This document shows positions 31,401-39,798 of a stretch of DNA of 64,000 nucleotides, piece by piece. The notes beneath the pieces are model-generated. The model worked only from the letters and a program-made list of their open reading frames with translations. It was not told where the DNA came from and searched no databases. How positions within the stretch are numbered: the first letter of the stretch is position 1; every line of letters starts with the position of its first letter. The DNA comes from a virus (lineage: Duplodnaviria; Caudoviricetes): IMG/VR virus record IMGVR_UViG_3300020011_000226, positions 32,001 to 96,000 of that record, one strand, 5' to 3'. A program made the translations under genes and the position numbers.

Positions 31401-33205
31401 GATTTATCTTGATTCTTACCATACTTTTTAGCACGGAAATTTTCATAGCTAACATCTTTGCTTCTTAAAGACTCAAGAGCATTATCATATTCCTCTCTGG
31501 CTTCTACTGTAAAACCAGCATTGACAGAGGGCCTGATGCCCTGATATTTTTCAATAACTTCCAAAGCATTTCTAATATCTCCTTTATATGCATTTCTTGT
31601 TTCAGTCCTAAACTCCTGTAAAGCTGTCAGGTAAGCTTTCCTCAAGCTGGCATTATTGTAGATCCTGCGAGCAGCCTTGTCAGTCATAGGAATGCCTAAG
31701 GCTCTGGCAGACCTCTTCATGAAGTCTATACGCTGAGGAAAAGACACTTGATAAAAACCTGCAAATTGCTGGTTATTGAACAAGTTGTTTCTGTTCTCTT
31801 CATTAGGAACAGTTAACAGACCCTTATTTTCAACATTCCATTGAGCCAGTTTCTCCCAATCGACTTTTCCTTGCTCATCATAGATAGAACTACTTCTATC
31901 AAGAGCCTGATGCAGCTGCATCCTCAATACAAACTCATCATGCAAAGGGTTGGCCTGTCTATTGAGTATCTTAGCATATATATTACCTGCCTTAGTCTTA
32001 AGCAATGCAGAATAAGGAACCATGTTCTTATGCATGTCAATAAGCAGCTGAGTCAAGATAACAGGGTTCTTAGGCTTGTTGCTATTATCTATAGACTTAC
32101 TTAAATCTGCCTGAGAAGCTTTTGCTAATGCATCAAACACAGCTTTTACCTTAGGGTCAGAGTCTGACAAACTCTTTAGTTTTCTGACCATACTGCTCTC
32201 AGAGGTAATACCACGCAGAATATCAGATAGATACTGATGAGTTTCTACTGGATCCATCTTAATAAGATAGCCTAAGTCATCAGTCATCCTCTCTCCAGCT
32301 TCATCTACATCTGTAATAGTAGAAAGAAATCTCCTGACCTCAGAACCCAAGGAACCAAAAGCTGAGGTTTCTGACTGATGGGTCATCCAAGCCTCACGGA
32401 CTGACTCTTCCAGATTGTAGGTATCCTCCAAGGGAGAGTCCATAGAGAAGTTATCGGGGGAAGTAGGAGCAGCATACTCCAAAGTATTAACCCCCAACTT
32501 CACACTCTCCACATCCCGTAAAGACATTCTGGCGAAAGTACACAAAGCAGACCAGTTCTGAAGAATCTTAGGATACTCCCGAACAATCATCCTTGCCCTT
32601 TCTACATCAGCCTTATCAGCTTCATCAAGACCATTTAGCTCATCTTCGGAAAGTCCTTCTACCTCTTCCATAATAGCTCTTGCCTCATTGAATCTGCCTA
32701 CAAACTTGTCAAAGATAGACTCAAAGATACTAAGCTGACCTTCATGGTACTGTCCATTTCGCTTATAGCCATTAACTACCTGTTCTCTTGTCAAAGAGAT
32801 ACCAGCTTTCTTAGCAGCTGCCATTCTACGGCTTACCTCATTGGTAAATTCAGAGGCAACCATATTGATTCTATTTCTACGAGTAGTCTCATTCCATCCT
32901 GGAACATGGTATAACTGATTAAAAGTGCCTGCCATATGATTGGTAGAGCTTCTCATTTCCTGAAGATGCCTTTCAGCCTGCTTATGCTTATAGTCCATCA
33001 GTTGAGTAGCTACATTGGCAAGTTCAAGTCCTTGGATAGTCTTATCATCTACAAGAGGATCAATAAGAGGTTTTGCATTATCCATGTCATAAAGACCTCT
33101 TAGAGTGCCAATATCTTCTTTGGTAAGACCTTCTCCAAGAAACTGTGCAATCCTATCATCAATGCCTCCAGCTGGAGATATGTGGCATATAATCTGCTTG
33201 CTCAT
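25481..33205 (-). CDS. Virion DNA-dependent RNA polymerase (single-subunit double-psi-beta-barrel, crAss/phi14:2 type)
   Basis: Catalytic AGFDFDIDKLY motif preceded by AYRIPT; also TDGQGYRS, QKRYK, FGTQIRKLI and LAASVDAVKDPVL motifs; 2574 aa. Confidence 0.92.
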   Translation of the reverse strand: MSKQIICHISPAGGIDDRIAQFLGEGLTKEDIGTLRGLYDMDNAKPLIDPLVDDKTIQGLELANVATQLMDYKHKQAERHLQEMRSSTNHMAGTFNQLYHVPGWNETTRRNRINMVASEFTNEVSRRMAAAKKAGISLTREQVVNGYKRNGQYHEGQLSIFESIFDKFVGRFNEARAIMEEVEGLSEDELNGLDEADKADVERARMIVREYPKILQNWSALCTFARMSLRDVESVKLGVNTLEYAAPTSPDNFSMDSPLEDTYNLEESVREAWMTHQSETSAFGSLGSEVRRFLSTITDVDEAGERMTDDLGYLIKMDPVETHQYLSDILRGITSESSMVRKLKSLSDSDPKVKAVFDALAKASQADLSKSIDNSNKPKNPVILTQLLIDMHKNMVPYSALLKTKAGNIYAKILNRQANPLHDEFVLRMQLHQALDRSSSIYDEQGKVDWEKLAQWNVENKGLLTVPNEENRNNLFNNQQFAGFYQVSFPQRIDFMKRSARALGIPMTDKAARRIYNNASLRKAYLTALQEFRTETRNAYKGDIRNALEVIEKYQGIRPSVNAGFTVEAREEYDNALESLRSKDVSYENFRAKKYGKNQDKSRGAGNDRIIKMLDALASVDSRLKTERRVSWFDRKGKANSRYSDRTPSYMGDMVDKIHEFVNEGDAEGLKSFIMDKWGQSSFFYDKAEGRFLNKWLQEMYDSIRTDSKGNVIIDFDALAKVFEFDEFLGSNIDKQVAIFENFTEKQHAEAMMKQFVQLLDQSHGKSRLAKYPCFILGDSGAQMFFTAKRYSKAEIMEGMKDVFRQEIERMKYVKATNEVLEKGGFKTIDNFSQTADEFTMMKFLNPNFVDGKYWKILTGNQQMTDAEMKVMSREEAIDAARDALGTDALTDAIQTYMDDSKADFMEKLANAGVIERVKGEGGVITYTDPKGYFGQNVKWFNNSIDSLVDDFFWNTKYATIQQLQLFTVDPAFYDHRYPVKDLQKRYKEIYAPGKGVSAEARDFDGNLYSNRSYEKVVYFDDIAVSSEDVNPLFFQLLQKTFGDNSPVVKAYKENTLTDGQGYRSLSSYRAVKGMAGEWTRPMEEAYKRIMNIRNNGQPLTEADIQEIAQLAVIFQPIKPYLYSLEKLKINDEGDMALIPVQHKYAEVVLIPELMMEGKLKDMAVWMENNDIDLVASTKCVKVGAFGSSDLKGANTTETINAALDKAYVHNLPWSDYRIQSGVPEHLNHAQLFGTQIRKLILAGINKSHNYDYLSNILGKSEDALGPTVYLPGMGKVHLSGRNLVSLYNCLVMGNLFDSYNRFATETATNQKLSDKMIQNIVSNANQSEDNAFGFSIIEDGENKGQFVVPLGEPGLEHDATALLFSLFKKGVNKQKIKGGSAVQASALGLSGYEESGDLFEVVSPEGDNVLYDEIEMPWNLSYTSATGKNVGLRFEDWCNPDGTLKMSDQIVYGDDAKEYLSWPVSGRDKYGRAIDPEQGYYVPLIETKYKGILDIIAYRIPTERDYSMVNAKVFRFSNPLAGGTLKVPSSRTTTAGFDFDIDKLYFFMREFAQTHLSDKDIENIWNSIYEMHPQWKEALREARDNDQLGLKLMDVLATGFKDDFSGLGELNKQTKHKDRLYYYWESAGLEGTPEEAFTKYLEDHRDKYPVFDTYNPEASPLNPVIGKNGEVVTKGNSRVARNNMLIDLIRQRLMDKETLKARYTPGGFESNRDAALRMRVLQFADKEDITTNGKIDWSKVDSYVESINRGERKDPEPEYDVSDPTAILVYNQQNQVAGKLIGIFANQNTNHVYASTLHELSLRDPIKFGNHSARGLFDMLHAPEGIDVDTNVAEYLAASVDAVKDPVLNFLNLNLTTADAGALLARIGYTPQEIGLLFNQPIIKELCNYIANESVSTDVAIAEMLKRYGGSRMQLENIKYDAINATSDKLADNILTDRTIDKSNMPQEFKQGQLQVLWLFNELMADTADVNSFVQCTRFTAANSVGSTWGEQLAQEERVRTFIEKYMKEPTGPVDPRRLAFQLFDPSEARSNRVLHAGEEAVSENNQGILNIDEELLDLTPEEYMSQMSRNPLAFEQCMMDLSRKTTRSLFKKHFPYYTQLYSNMRNIMRRLTKYGGLDADTVNSLHREFILYLLSKQRGSSFDGETANLFVDPTGNITNRQYYTQHYPMLLHALKAEGVLSHIPFFDALTITGDADADAETNPLQISVQGMGGLQTRTSNLITEAWAQAYNSDEIVHSNFLQVDIPVKQLAEDLYFYNFYKLGYNFHPTSSMSLAPTLLKLGLRVNNNSTEEGYIDFINDVIDGNVSMDSNDLISFAKQYILNHLDNKKFVFTPKGNARSTVNNLAYNEQGKYWNNEFSISLKSVGKDVASLFTIYDDTLAKGENAFRPVIALERDGSTVYYMANSRGDRFNVTSSADGTMTYKLVHAQGIKGQHIQYFGNAAFEAYQRSGSLNNFRSVEETVTDNSIANNEAVEGEAPATPEGAHIEIGTDVSQMFTDTEWERMFKQFRKDNEKVFARDDMQGFSAQDFKSLMQDTSDSQNVDILNDLAKRIGRGERMQTLDDKGEVVDVC

Positions 33206-33228
33206 TATATCACTTATTAAAATTCTTA

Positions 33229-33238
33229 GGCAAAGGTA
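33229..33238 (-). promoter_or_regulatory. -7 box TACCTTTGCC driving the vRNAP gene
   Basis: TAnnTTTG box about 24 nt upstream of the ATG at 33205. Confidence 0.7.
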
Positions 33239-33301
33239 CTATAATTACTTGGGAGTTATGCAAGTTTAAATAAAACCTTAACCTACTTTAAAGGGTTGTT
33301 A

Positions 33302-33336
33302 AGAAAAGAAAAGGGAAACAGCATTGCCATTCCCTC
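33302..33336 (-). terminator. Terminator ending the upstream small-gene operon
   Basis: AGGGAA...TTCCCT stem with an A-rich flank (U-run on the minus strand). Confidence 0.5.
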
Positions 33337-33358
33337 TTGATAGCTTTTTGATGTTTGT

Positions 33359-33631
33359 TTACCTGTCTGTGGTTGCTTCATTATGTTTATCTGGGACTTG
33401 TATTTTGGTAATATCCCAATGACCCCCTCCACCTCTAAATGATGTGTCATGTACACTGAAAAATATATTTTCTTCTGGACAATAAACAAACCAAGTTTCA
33501 TCTCTACAGTAATCGGTATCACCTCTGGCAAGAATATAATCTAATTCAACACAATTATAGCGTTTTCCTTCGTATATAACATCCATCTTATTCTCACCCA
33601 ATCGAAAAAAATCATTTTTTGGTTTTTCCAT
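33359..33631 (-). CDS. Hypothetical protein
   Basis: ORF abutting the upstream gene. Confidence 0.55.
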   Translation of the reverse strand: MEKPKNDFFRLGENKMDVIYEGKRYNCVELDYILARGDTDYCRDETWFVYCPEENIFFSVHDTSFRGGGGHWDITKIQVPDKHNEATTDR

Positions 33632-34204
33632 TTATTCTTCTATCTCAAATTCATGGACATAAATAAAGTTTTCATCATCAGTACCAGAGTCTTCATAGTC
33701 AGAGTTGAACTTCTCCACATCCTCCTTAGACTTCACTCTGCCATAAGTCAGTTTGGCAAGCCACTCATAGACCTGTTCTTCAGTTTTAAAGTATTCAGAG
33801 TTGTAGATGTCATCAATAGCAGTATCTACCCAGTATCTATCATGGAAGTATTTTCCTTCCTTGTCATTAGTACAGTAGATTTCCATATCAGACTCCTCTA
33901 CAACCCAATATACCTTGATGTCAAGGAACTGTTTCTCCAGAAGCTCCGCAAAGTCCTGTAAGCCCCATCTTTCCTCAGACCAGAACCTTAAAGCCCCAGT
34001 CTTCTCATCCCATGTAGGCTCTTCCTCTATTTCACCTCCAAGCCTTGTGCCATCAGTGATAGGGAGTTTCAGATACTCTGCTGCCTGATACATCTCATAC
34101 CTTTTATCATCGCTGTTGACTGCTACTATAAGGGCTTCTGCTATCTTCTTCAGGGATTCCTCAGAGCCTTCAATGGCATAAGCCACACTTGCCATATTTG
34201 CCAT
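33632..34204 (-). CDS. Acidic hypothetical protein
   Basis: 190-aa ORF in a tightly packed operon. Confidence 0.65.
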   Translation of the reverse strand: MANMASVAYAIEGSEESLKKIAEALIVAVNSDDKRYEMYQAAEYLKLPITDGTRLGGEIEEEPTWDEKTGALRFWSEERWGLQDFAELLEKQFLDIKVYWVVEESDMEIYCTNDKEGKYFHDRYWVDTAIDDIYNSEYFKTEEQVYEWLAKLTYGRVKSKEDVEKFNSDYEDSGTDDENFIYVHEFEIEE

Positions 34205-34205
34205 A

Positions 34206-34388
34206 CTATTTCTTTGGTTTTGGTAATTGTTTGTCTATCCATCGAATAGTCTTCTCAAGATAGCCTTGCAGTTTCTCTCTTTCAGCTGTTGTCAGGCATG
34301 AGCCTTCAATAGCTGCACAGGAATCACACTCTCCATACAGATTGGATAGTTGATTCCTTAATCCTATAATCCACTTATGCCTAATCAT
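34206..34388 (-). CDS. Hypothetical protein
   Basis: Coupled small ORF. Confidence 0.5.
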   Translation of the reverse strand: MIRHKWIIGLRNQLSNLYGECDSCAAIEGSCLTTAEREKLQGYLEKTIRWIDKQLPKPKK

Positions 34389-34511
34389 GATTATTCTCCT
34401 TTTTCATATAAATCTTCTGGTACAAACACAGCTCCATCTATCTCTGTACAGATGTAGCAGTTTTCTCTTCCTATAAACTCTTGGCTCTCAGGCCACTCTA
34501 CTAAATAATAT

Positions 34512-34850
34512 TTATCCATGTTGATCTCTTTTAGGGTTAGGGTATGCTTTCAGGAAATCATCAACTGTCTCAAAGAACTCTCTTTCCTTGGAGAAATAGT
34601 CGTCCCAGGTTAGCCACACTTTGATTCTCTCTTCTGGACTGAGCTTATTTATCTCTTCTCCATCAGTTTTATCAGTACCCCCCACACCATGAATATCTCT
34701 ATAGAAATGCTCATCGGGGTGATAGACAAGCCATACAGAGTCTTTAAACTTAGCACATGCACAGACATAGTATCCTGCATCCTCCAGTTTCTTTCTAATT
34801 TCTGGAGAGTTCTGTTTGATAAATACTGTCTTGCTCATGGTTGTGTGCAA
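34512..34850 (-). CDS. Hypothetical protein
   Basis: ORF in operon; start is probably MSKTVF (34838). Confidence 0.6.
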   Translation of the reverse strand: MHTTMSKTVFIKQNSPEIRKKLEDAGYYVCACAKFKDSVWLVYHPDEHFYRDIHGVGGTDKTDGEEINKLSPEERIKVWLTWDDYFSKEREFFETVDDFLKAYPNPKRDQHG

Positions 34851-35197
34851 TACTGGCCAAACATAGAACTGAACATAGACTGCTCCATATAGCAGACAGG
34901 ACTATTGATGTCTTTGAACATTCTCTCCTTGGCATCCTTAGTTATTCCTATTAACCTGCCTGTGCGATAGGGATTCTTTCCTGATTCTCCATCTCTCACC
35001 TCAATAATCATCAGACCTTTAGCATCAATGACTTTCTTGCAGTCATCACAGAGTCCCATAGCTACATCACGGGGAGCTTCTGCATCTGCCTTAAGCCTGC
35101 CAAATAAGGCAAGACCAATCTCTTTTCCACAGCACTCACAATGGTTTATTGATGAATTTAACCCATGTTTAGAGGATAAAATAATGCTTTTTCCCAT
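34835..35197 (-). CDS. Zn-finger protein
   Basis: CECCG...CDDC motifs. Confidence 0.65.
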   Translation of the reverse strand: MGKSIILSSKHGLNSSINHCECCGKEIGLALFGRLKADAEAPRDVAMGLCDDCKKVIDAKGLMIIEVRDGESGKNPYRTGRLIGITKDAKERMFKDINSPVCYMEQSMFSSMFGQYCTQP

Positions 35198-35201
35198 GGT
35201 T

Positions 35202-35447
35202 TTACTCTATTAGTTCATTTATAATTGTTTTAACTTTACCCACATAGCCATTAGTCATCTCAATAATATGGACATACTCCATGTTAGAGAGGCTGTAGAT
35301 AAGAAGAGGATTATGGATGACTGCTATCAGCTGCACCTGAGGGTGCTCATAGGAAAGCATACCCTTGATGTGCTGAAAGTTCTCTAAGTCAGGAAGATAG
35401 CTGCTAGCAGCCCTTTGATTGTCTTTGATTACTAACTTATGAATCAT
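35202..35447 (-). pseudogene. Probable internally deleted ABC/AAA-type ATPase remnant
   Basis: N-terminal beta strand (MIHKLVIKDN) joined directly to an H-loop-like QLIAVIHNPLLI tail; no Walker A or B. Confidence 0.45.
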
Positions 35448-35727
35448 ACTCTTTCCAGTATAGCTTATTCATTAGAAATATTTTAGGAATTAATATGAGT
35501 GTGATTTGGTCTTTACACTGATTGGAGTATATCACGTACTTGAAAGGATTAAAGTTATCCCTCATGTCGATGTGCTCATTAGAGACTGCTTCATCATCTT
35601 CATAGAAGGTAAATTCAAGCTTATGCTCCCCATATTCAATCTTGAAATCAACCCATTTGTCTGTGGTGTTTATGAGGATCTTGATAATACCAGTGTAGTG
35701 AACACTCTTATAAACTGATTTTATCAT
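35437..35727 (-). CDS. Hypothetical protein
   Basis: ORF in operon. Confidence 0.5.
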   Translation of the reverse strand: MIKSVYKSVHYTGIIKILINTTDKWVDFKIEYGEHKLEFTFYEDDEAVSNEHIDMRDNFNPFKYVIYSNQCKDQITLILIPKIFLMNKLYWKEYDS

Positions 35728-35799
35728 AGCATTATTTCTTTAGTTATGCCAATCTCCTATTTGAATATCTTTTGTGTCCATAACAAATACTGTTTACTC

Positions 35800-36411
35800 T
35801 TAGCTAAACTCTGTATAACCTGCAAATCTTAAACCATCTGAATAGAAGTCAAAATTATTATGGGAGGTAAACTCATAGCCTTCAGCTTTGAGAAGGTCTG
35901 TCAGTTCTCCTGTGATTGGGTAAAGGTGACCAGGATGCTCATCTTCATAGGCAGCTCCATCCCAACCCTCATCTTTCTTGTCATGGCCCCACTCAAGAGC
36001 CATCTTCCAGAACTCTTCCTTGTCCAGAAGCTCATCATACTCATCATAAATAAGTACATCTTCACGGAAGATAAAGTCATGGAGCCCCTTCTTGGTCAGA
36101 GGATAGGTGTAGAGAGCTGTAGATGGTTCTTCCTTCCAACCTCTCATACCATTCTCATCCACCAGATGCCCATGCCTGATGACAAAGACGTTTGGATTCC
36201 ACAGGAATTTCCAGCTACAGCTCCTTTTACCAAGATGTACTCTTCCACCTAAAATACAATTAGTATCACTGTCCCACTGCTTGTATATGTCCCCATATAG
36301 CTCTGAAATCAGCCTCTCTATCAGGCCGAAATCATTTGCTTCTATGGCATCATGCAGTTTCTGCCTTTTCTCCTTTGAGGGGATTATATGTGCATAATAG
36401 TTTGTACTCAT
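35800..36411 (-). CDS. Hypothetical phage protein
   Basis: MSTNYY...VHLGKRSCSWKFLW pattern common in phage hypotheticals. Confidence 0.65.
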   Translation of the reverse strand: MSTNYYAHIIPSKEKRQKLHDAIEANDFGLIERLISELYGDIYKQWDSDTNCILGGRVHLGKRSCSWKFLWNPNVFVIRHGHLVDENGMRGWKEEPSTALYTYPLTKKGLHDFIFREDVLIYDEYDELLDKEEFWKMALEWGHDKKDEGWDGAAYEDEHPGHLYPITGELTDLLKAEGYEFTSHNNFDFYSDGLRFAGYTEFS

Positions 36412-36572
36412 ATTTCCTAAGTATTAATGTTACGCTTGTCTTTGAATGATGTTCTCATCCCATTTGGCAGCTCTCTCAGCTTCAGCAATGTATCTTTTTG
36501 CCTGTACTTTGGTTCTGCCTCCTTTGTTCCAGTACCATTCCTTCCAGTAACCTGGCTTATGGTAGTCTTTCT

Positions 36573-36776
36573 TCATACTCTTTGATTGCTGGGTAATACC
36601 TCAAAAGGCTTGCCTTTGAGGGAAGGTCTTTGCTCCTCCACATATTTTACAAGTTCATCATAGTCATAGCCCTCAACCCATTCACCATTGACTAAGGTAG
36701 GAAAGCCACGCTTAGTGTATTTCAATTGGCCTTTATAGACACCATTGAGCATAATGTCAAGGAAGATTGGTTTCAT
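36573..36776 (-). CDS. Hypothetical protein
   Basis: ATGA-coupled small ORF; further ORFs under 60 aa flank it (36430-36576, 36773-36949, 36951-37118). Confidence 0.55.
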   Translation of the reverse strand: MKPIFLDIMLNGVYKGQLKYTKRGFPTLVNGEWVEGYDYDELVKYVEEQRPSLKGKPFEVLPSNQRV

Positions 36777-37117
36777 GTGAGAATGCCTTTATGACTGATT
36801 ATCTCTATATCCTCACCAAACATCCAGCTACAGTTGCTGCAATGGTAGCCAATCTTCTCCAAGTATTCCTCATCAATATTGGCTTCGGTATCTACATTGT
36901 GGATATGCACAGTAGAAGTACTGTAATCCAGAATAACTAATTTCTCCATATTACTTTAGCTTTTTTAATATTTGCTCACTTGCTTCTGTAAGCTGCTTAC
37001 AGTAGCTTTTATGCCACTGCATGTCATAGTCATCTCCTTCTGACTTGATGCTAGAAGCTATAGATTTTACCCTCATTGCAAATACTATTGCCTCATGAAT
37101 TTTATCTTTTTGGGTCA

Positions 37118-37558
37118 TTACTTTTTCTTTTTAGTTGTTTTTATTTTCTTCTTATCAAGATAGTCTTTCCACTCATAGGAAGCACCATTAAGTAGTCTGA
37201 ATACAGTACCTAACAAATAGCAGAAGGGCTCTTGGTCAGCATAGTTTACATGAGCACCAATATAATTGAATATCTCTAAGACAACATGACCACACTCATG
37301 GCAGAAATAAGAACCCTTTGAGTTCTCCATATCAGGAATCCAGACAAGCAGGCAGAACTGCTGGGATTCTTTGTTTCTTACATGATAGGTAGTAGCCCCA
37401 TAGTCTTCCTTAGGCTTTCCTATCTTAGTGTAACCCTTATCCAGAGGCTCATAGTATTTATTAACCTCCTCCTCCACATCCCCAAACACTGCTACAAATG
37501 GTACAGGGTAGACTACCAAATCAAACTCCTTGATTATTCCCTTCTCGCTCAGTATCAT
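37118..37558 (-). CDS. Small zincin-like (HExxH) protein
   Basis: FCHECGH...EPFCYL. Confidence 0.6.
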   Translation of the reverse strand: MILSEKGIIKEFDLVVYPVPFVAVFGDVEEEVNKYYEPLDKGYTKIGKPKEDYGATTYHVRNKESQQFCLLVWIPDMENSKGSYFCHECGHVVLEIFNYIGAHVNYADQEPFCYLLGTVFRLLNGASYEWKDYLDKKKIKTTKKKK

Positions 37559-37781
37559 TGTTTACTCCAATTAAAGTGTCCTCAGGGACTTCATCCCATG
37601 CCCCACACTTAGAACAGTGAAAGACATGAAAGAATCCCTTCTCATTCTCTTTGGTATAGACATGAAGCATTCTATGCCCACAATAAGGACATCTATGCAA
37701 ATGGTATGCTATGAATAAGTCAATACCAATAAACAGTGCCATACCTGATATAAAGATACATATTCCTATAAGAATGCTCAT
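37521..37781 (-). CDS. Membrane-anchored Zn-ribbon protein
   Basis: TM helix plus CPYCG...CSKCG. Confidence 0.6.
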   Translation of the reverse strand: MSILIGICIFISGMALFIGIDLFIAYHLHRCPYCGHRMLHVYTKENEKGFFHVFHCSKCGAWDEVPEDTLIGVNNDTEREGNNQGV

Positions 37782-37875
37782 TGTATTAATTCCTTGTTTT
37801 TGTTAGCCATAGTAAAGTAGTGCAAATAATCACTGCTACCACTAATCTTAATGCGATTTCTTGTCCTGTCATACC

Positions 37876-38295
37876 TTAATTCTCCATAAATACAGTTTCA
37901 TCCTCTACCCAGCCTTCACACTCTTTGATTAAGCCCTCTGTAAATCCTGGACTCTTAAATACCAGTCCATTTCTTAAATTCTCTTCAAGACATTGCTTAA
38001 AGAGCCCTAATAATTGTAAGGGAGTATGATTGCCCCCATCATGGTATTCATCCGCCCAATTAGTGTCAGAGGTGTCTGGGTTATCATGATAGGGTATTGC
38101 CATAGTACCACCCTCATCATCCATCTCATAGTCCACTCCAGAAGCTCCTGGAATATAGTTGTTGGTGGTCACTGTGACAGTTTTACTGAGGGACTGGGAA
38201 CAGGTTATCTCAAAGTCCTCATCGGGTACTACTTCTTGGTTCCAAGGCGCGTCTGCTGTATCAGCCCCTAGGGGGTAGTGGTTGTTGTCGTACAT
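37876..38295 (-). CDS. Acidic hypothetical protein
   Basis: YPLGADTADAPWN N-terminal motif; coupled start/stop. Confidence 0.6.
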   Translation of the reverse strand: MYDNNHYPLGADTADAPWNQEVVPDEDFEITCSQSLSKTVTVTTNNYIPGASGVDYEMDDEGGTMAIPYHDNPDTSDTNWADEYHDGGNHTPLQLLGLFKQCLEENLRNGLVFKSPGFTEGLIKECEGWVEDETVFMEN

Positions 38296-38744
38296 TACTT
38301 CTCCTCCTTCAGGTCTAACTTGTTAAGTCTGTCGATGATGTTGTTGCGAGTATCAATAAGATACAAATTATCAACACAGTTCAAACCAAAGAGAATAACA
38401 TCCTGCTCCTTATAAGCCTGTTCAACACGTTTCTCCAGTTTTTCCTTATGGGGGCTGTCCTCCTTCAGAATCCAAGGATTGTCAAAATAATAATTCTGAA
38501 GCACAGTTTCCTTATTTTCCTCAGTCTCCATCTTGACAGCAAGAATCTTGTTGCCCTCATTACCCCCCATCAGTTCCCAACCATCATACTGGTCATTGAC
38601 TATCAGCTTCTTGAGTTTAGCTCTGAGGATTCCCCGAGCACTCTCCTCATACTTTACACACTCTTCCTGTGACCTGAATGTGGTTCCATCTACAGCCTCA
38701 TACATAATGTCATAGACTGTCCTCTTTTCTTCTATAGTTTTCAT
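38295..38744 (-). CDS. Hypothetical protein
   Basis: YEAVDGTTFRSQEECVKYE motif common in phage small proteins. Confidence 0.65.
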   Translation of the reverse strand: MKTIEEKRTVYDIMYEAVDGTTFRSQEECVKYEESARGILRAKLKKLIVNDQYDGWELMGGNEGNKILAVKMETEENKETVLQNYYFDNPWILKEDSPHKEKLEKRVEQAYKEQDVILFGLNCVDNLYLIDTRNNIIDRLNKLDLKEEK

Positions 38745-39352
38745 GATTGTTTCCTTCCTGTTAATTCTAAAAATTTATTTTGCAGATATATCTCCGTCGC
38801 TTCTTTACCTTTACGATAGTATCTGTTCATAAGGGTCTTATATGGTATATGAACTAAGTCAGCACATTCTTTTGCAGTCTTAGAAGTTCCTTCAAGTAAG
38901 AATCGTATAGTAGTAGTTCTATTCTGATTTTGTTGCAGGTATGTTGCCCATCTACAATTATCAGGAGAATAATCTTTGCTATTGTCAATTCTATCAATAG
39001 TTAGGGTGTCATTATAACCATTACTAATAGCCCATTTCTCAAAAACTTTATATGAATTTGCCCACTCATCACAGACTTCAATCCCCTTACTCCCATAAAT
39101 ATAATTGTAGCTGGGATTATTTGCATTAAAGCATCTGGTTTTCATATTAGTCCATATCCTATAAAGTCTTTCACTGACAGGATGAATACAACTACAACCA
39201 TTACTGCCCCTGTAGAAATGACTTCTCCACATGGTGAATGTGTTGCTACATAAAGGACACTTGCATAGAAGTAGAACATTAGCTTCTTTCCTCTCTAATT
39301 CTTGAAGTTTTTCTACTCCAGCTTTATTTTTGCTAACCTTACTTCTTCTCAT
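38741..39352 (-). CDS. Free-standing HNH-type homing endonuclease
   Basis: RLYRIWTNMKTRC...YGSKGIEVCDEW...TIDRIDNSKDYSPDNCRWAT; more AT-rich than its neighbours. Confidence 0.85.
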   Translation of the reverse strand: MRRSKVSKNKAGVEKLQELERKEANVLLLCKCPLCSNTFTMWRSHFYRGSNGCSCIHPVSERLYRIWTNMKTRCFNANNPSYNYIYGSKGIEVCDEWANSYKVFEKWAISNGYNDTLTIDRIDNSKDYSPDNCRWATYLQQNQNRTTTIRFLLEGTSKTAKECADLVHIPYKTLMNRYYRKGKEATEIYLQNKFLELTGRKQS

Positions 39353-39798
39353 TCATTTAGCTCTAAATATTTATTTAAGTACCATACTGCTTTGAGTACA
39401 TCAGTCTTACCATTCTTGAACTGATGTCTAAAGATGTATTTAAGAGCATTGCAGATACAGAAACTTGCTGCTTCTTCATTACCAAAAGCTGCCCTCATGC
39501 AAGATATAGCATCTATGTTTAAATCAGGAACCTTCGACTGGTAGTGGCTTGGGTTATTCACTTGGTCATCATCGGGATCAGGTTCTACATTAGTTTCTTT
39601 CTCAGTATCCTTATATTCAGAAGGGGCATTTTTTGCAATTATTACTGCCTTGTTGAAGTCAAAATCATCCTTAAGATCCTCTGCTGTAAGTGATTTACCT
39701 ACATTCATTATCGTTTTTTCCATACTAGGATCTTTCATTCCCTTGGCAATCAGATAGATAATGGCTTTTGTGCTTTCTAAATTATACTTAGTTGTCAT
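39349..39798 (-). CDS. DUF3310 domain protein
   Basis: VNNPSHY...FCICNALKYIFRHQFKNGKTDVLKAVWYL. Confidence 0.85.
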   Translation of the reverse strand: MTTKYNLESTKAIIYLIAKGMKDPSMEKTIMNVGKSLTAEDLKDDFDFNKAVIIAKNAPSEYKDTEKETNVEPDPDDDQVNNPSHYQSKVPDLNIDAISCMRAAFGNEEAASFCICNALKYIFRHQFKNGKTDVLKAVWYLNKYLELNE

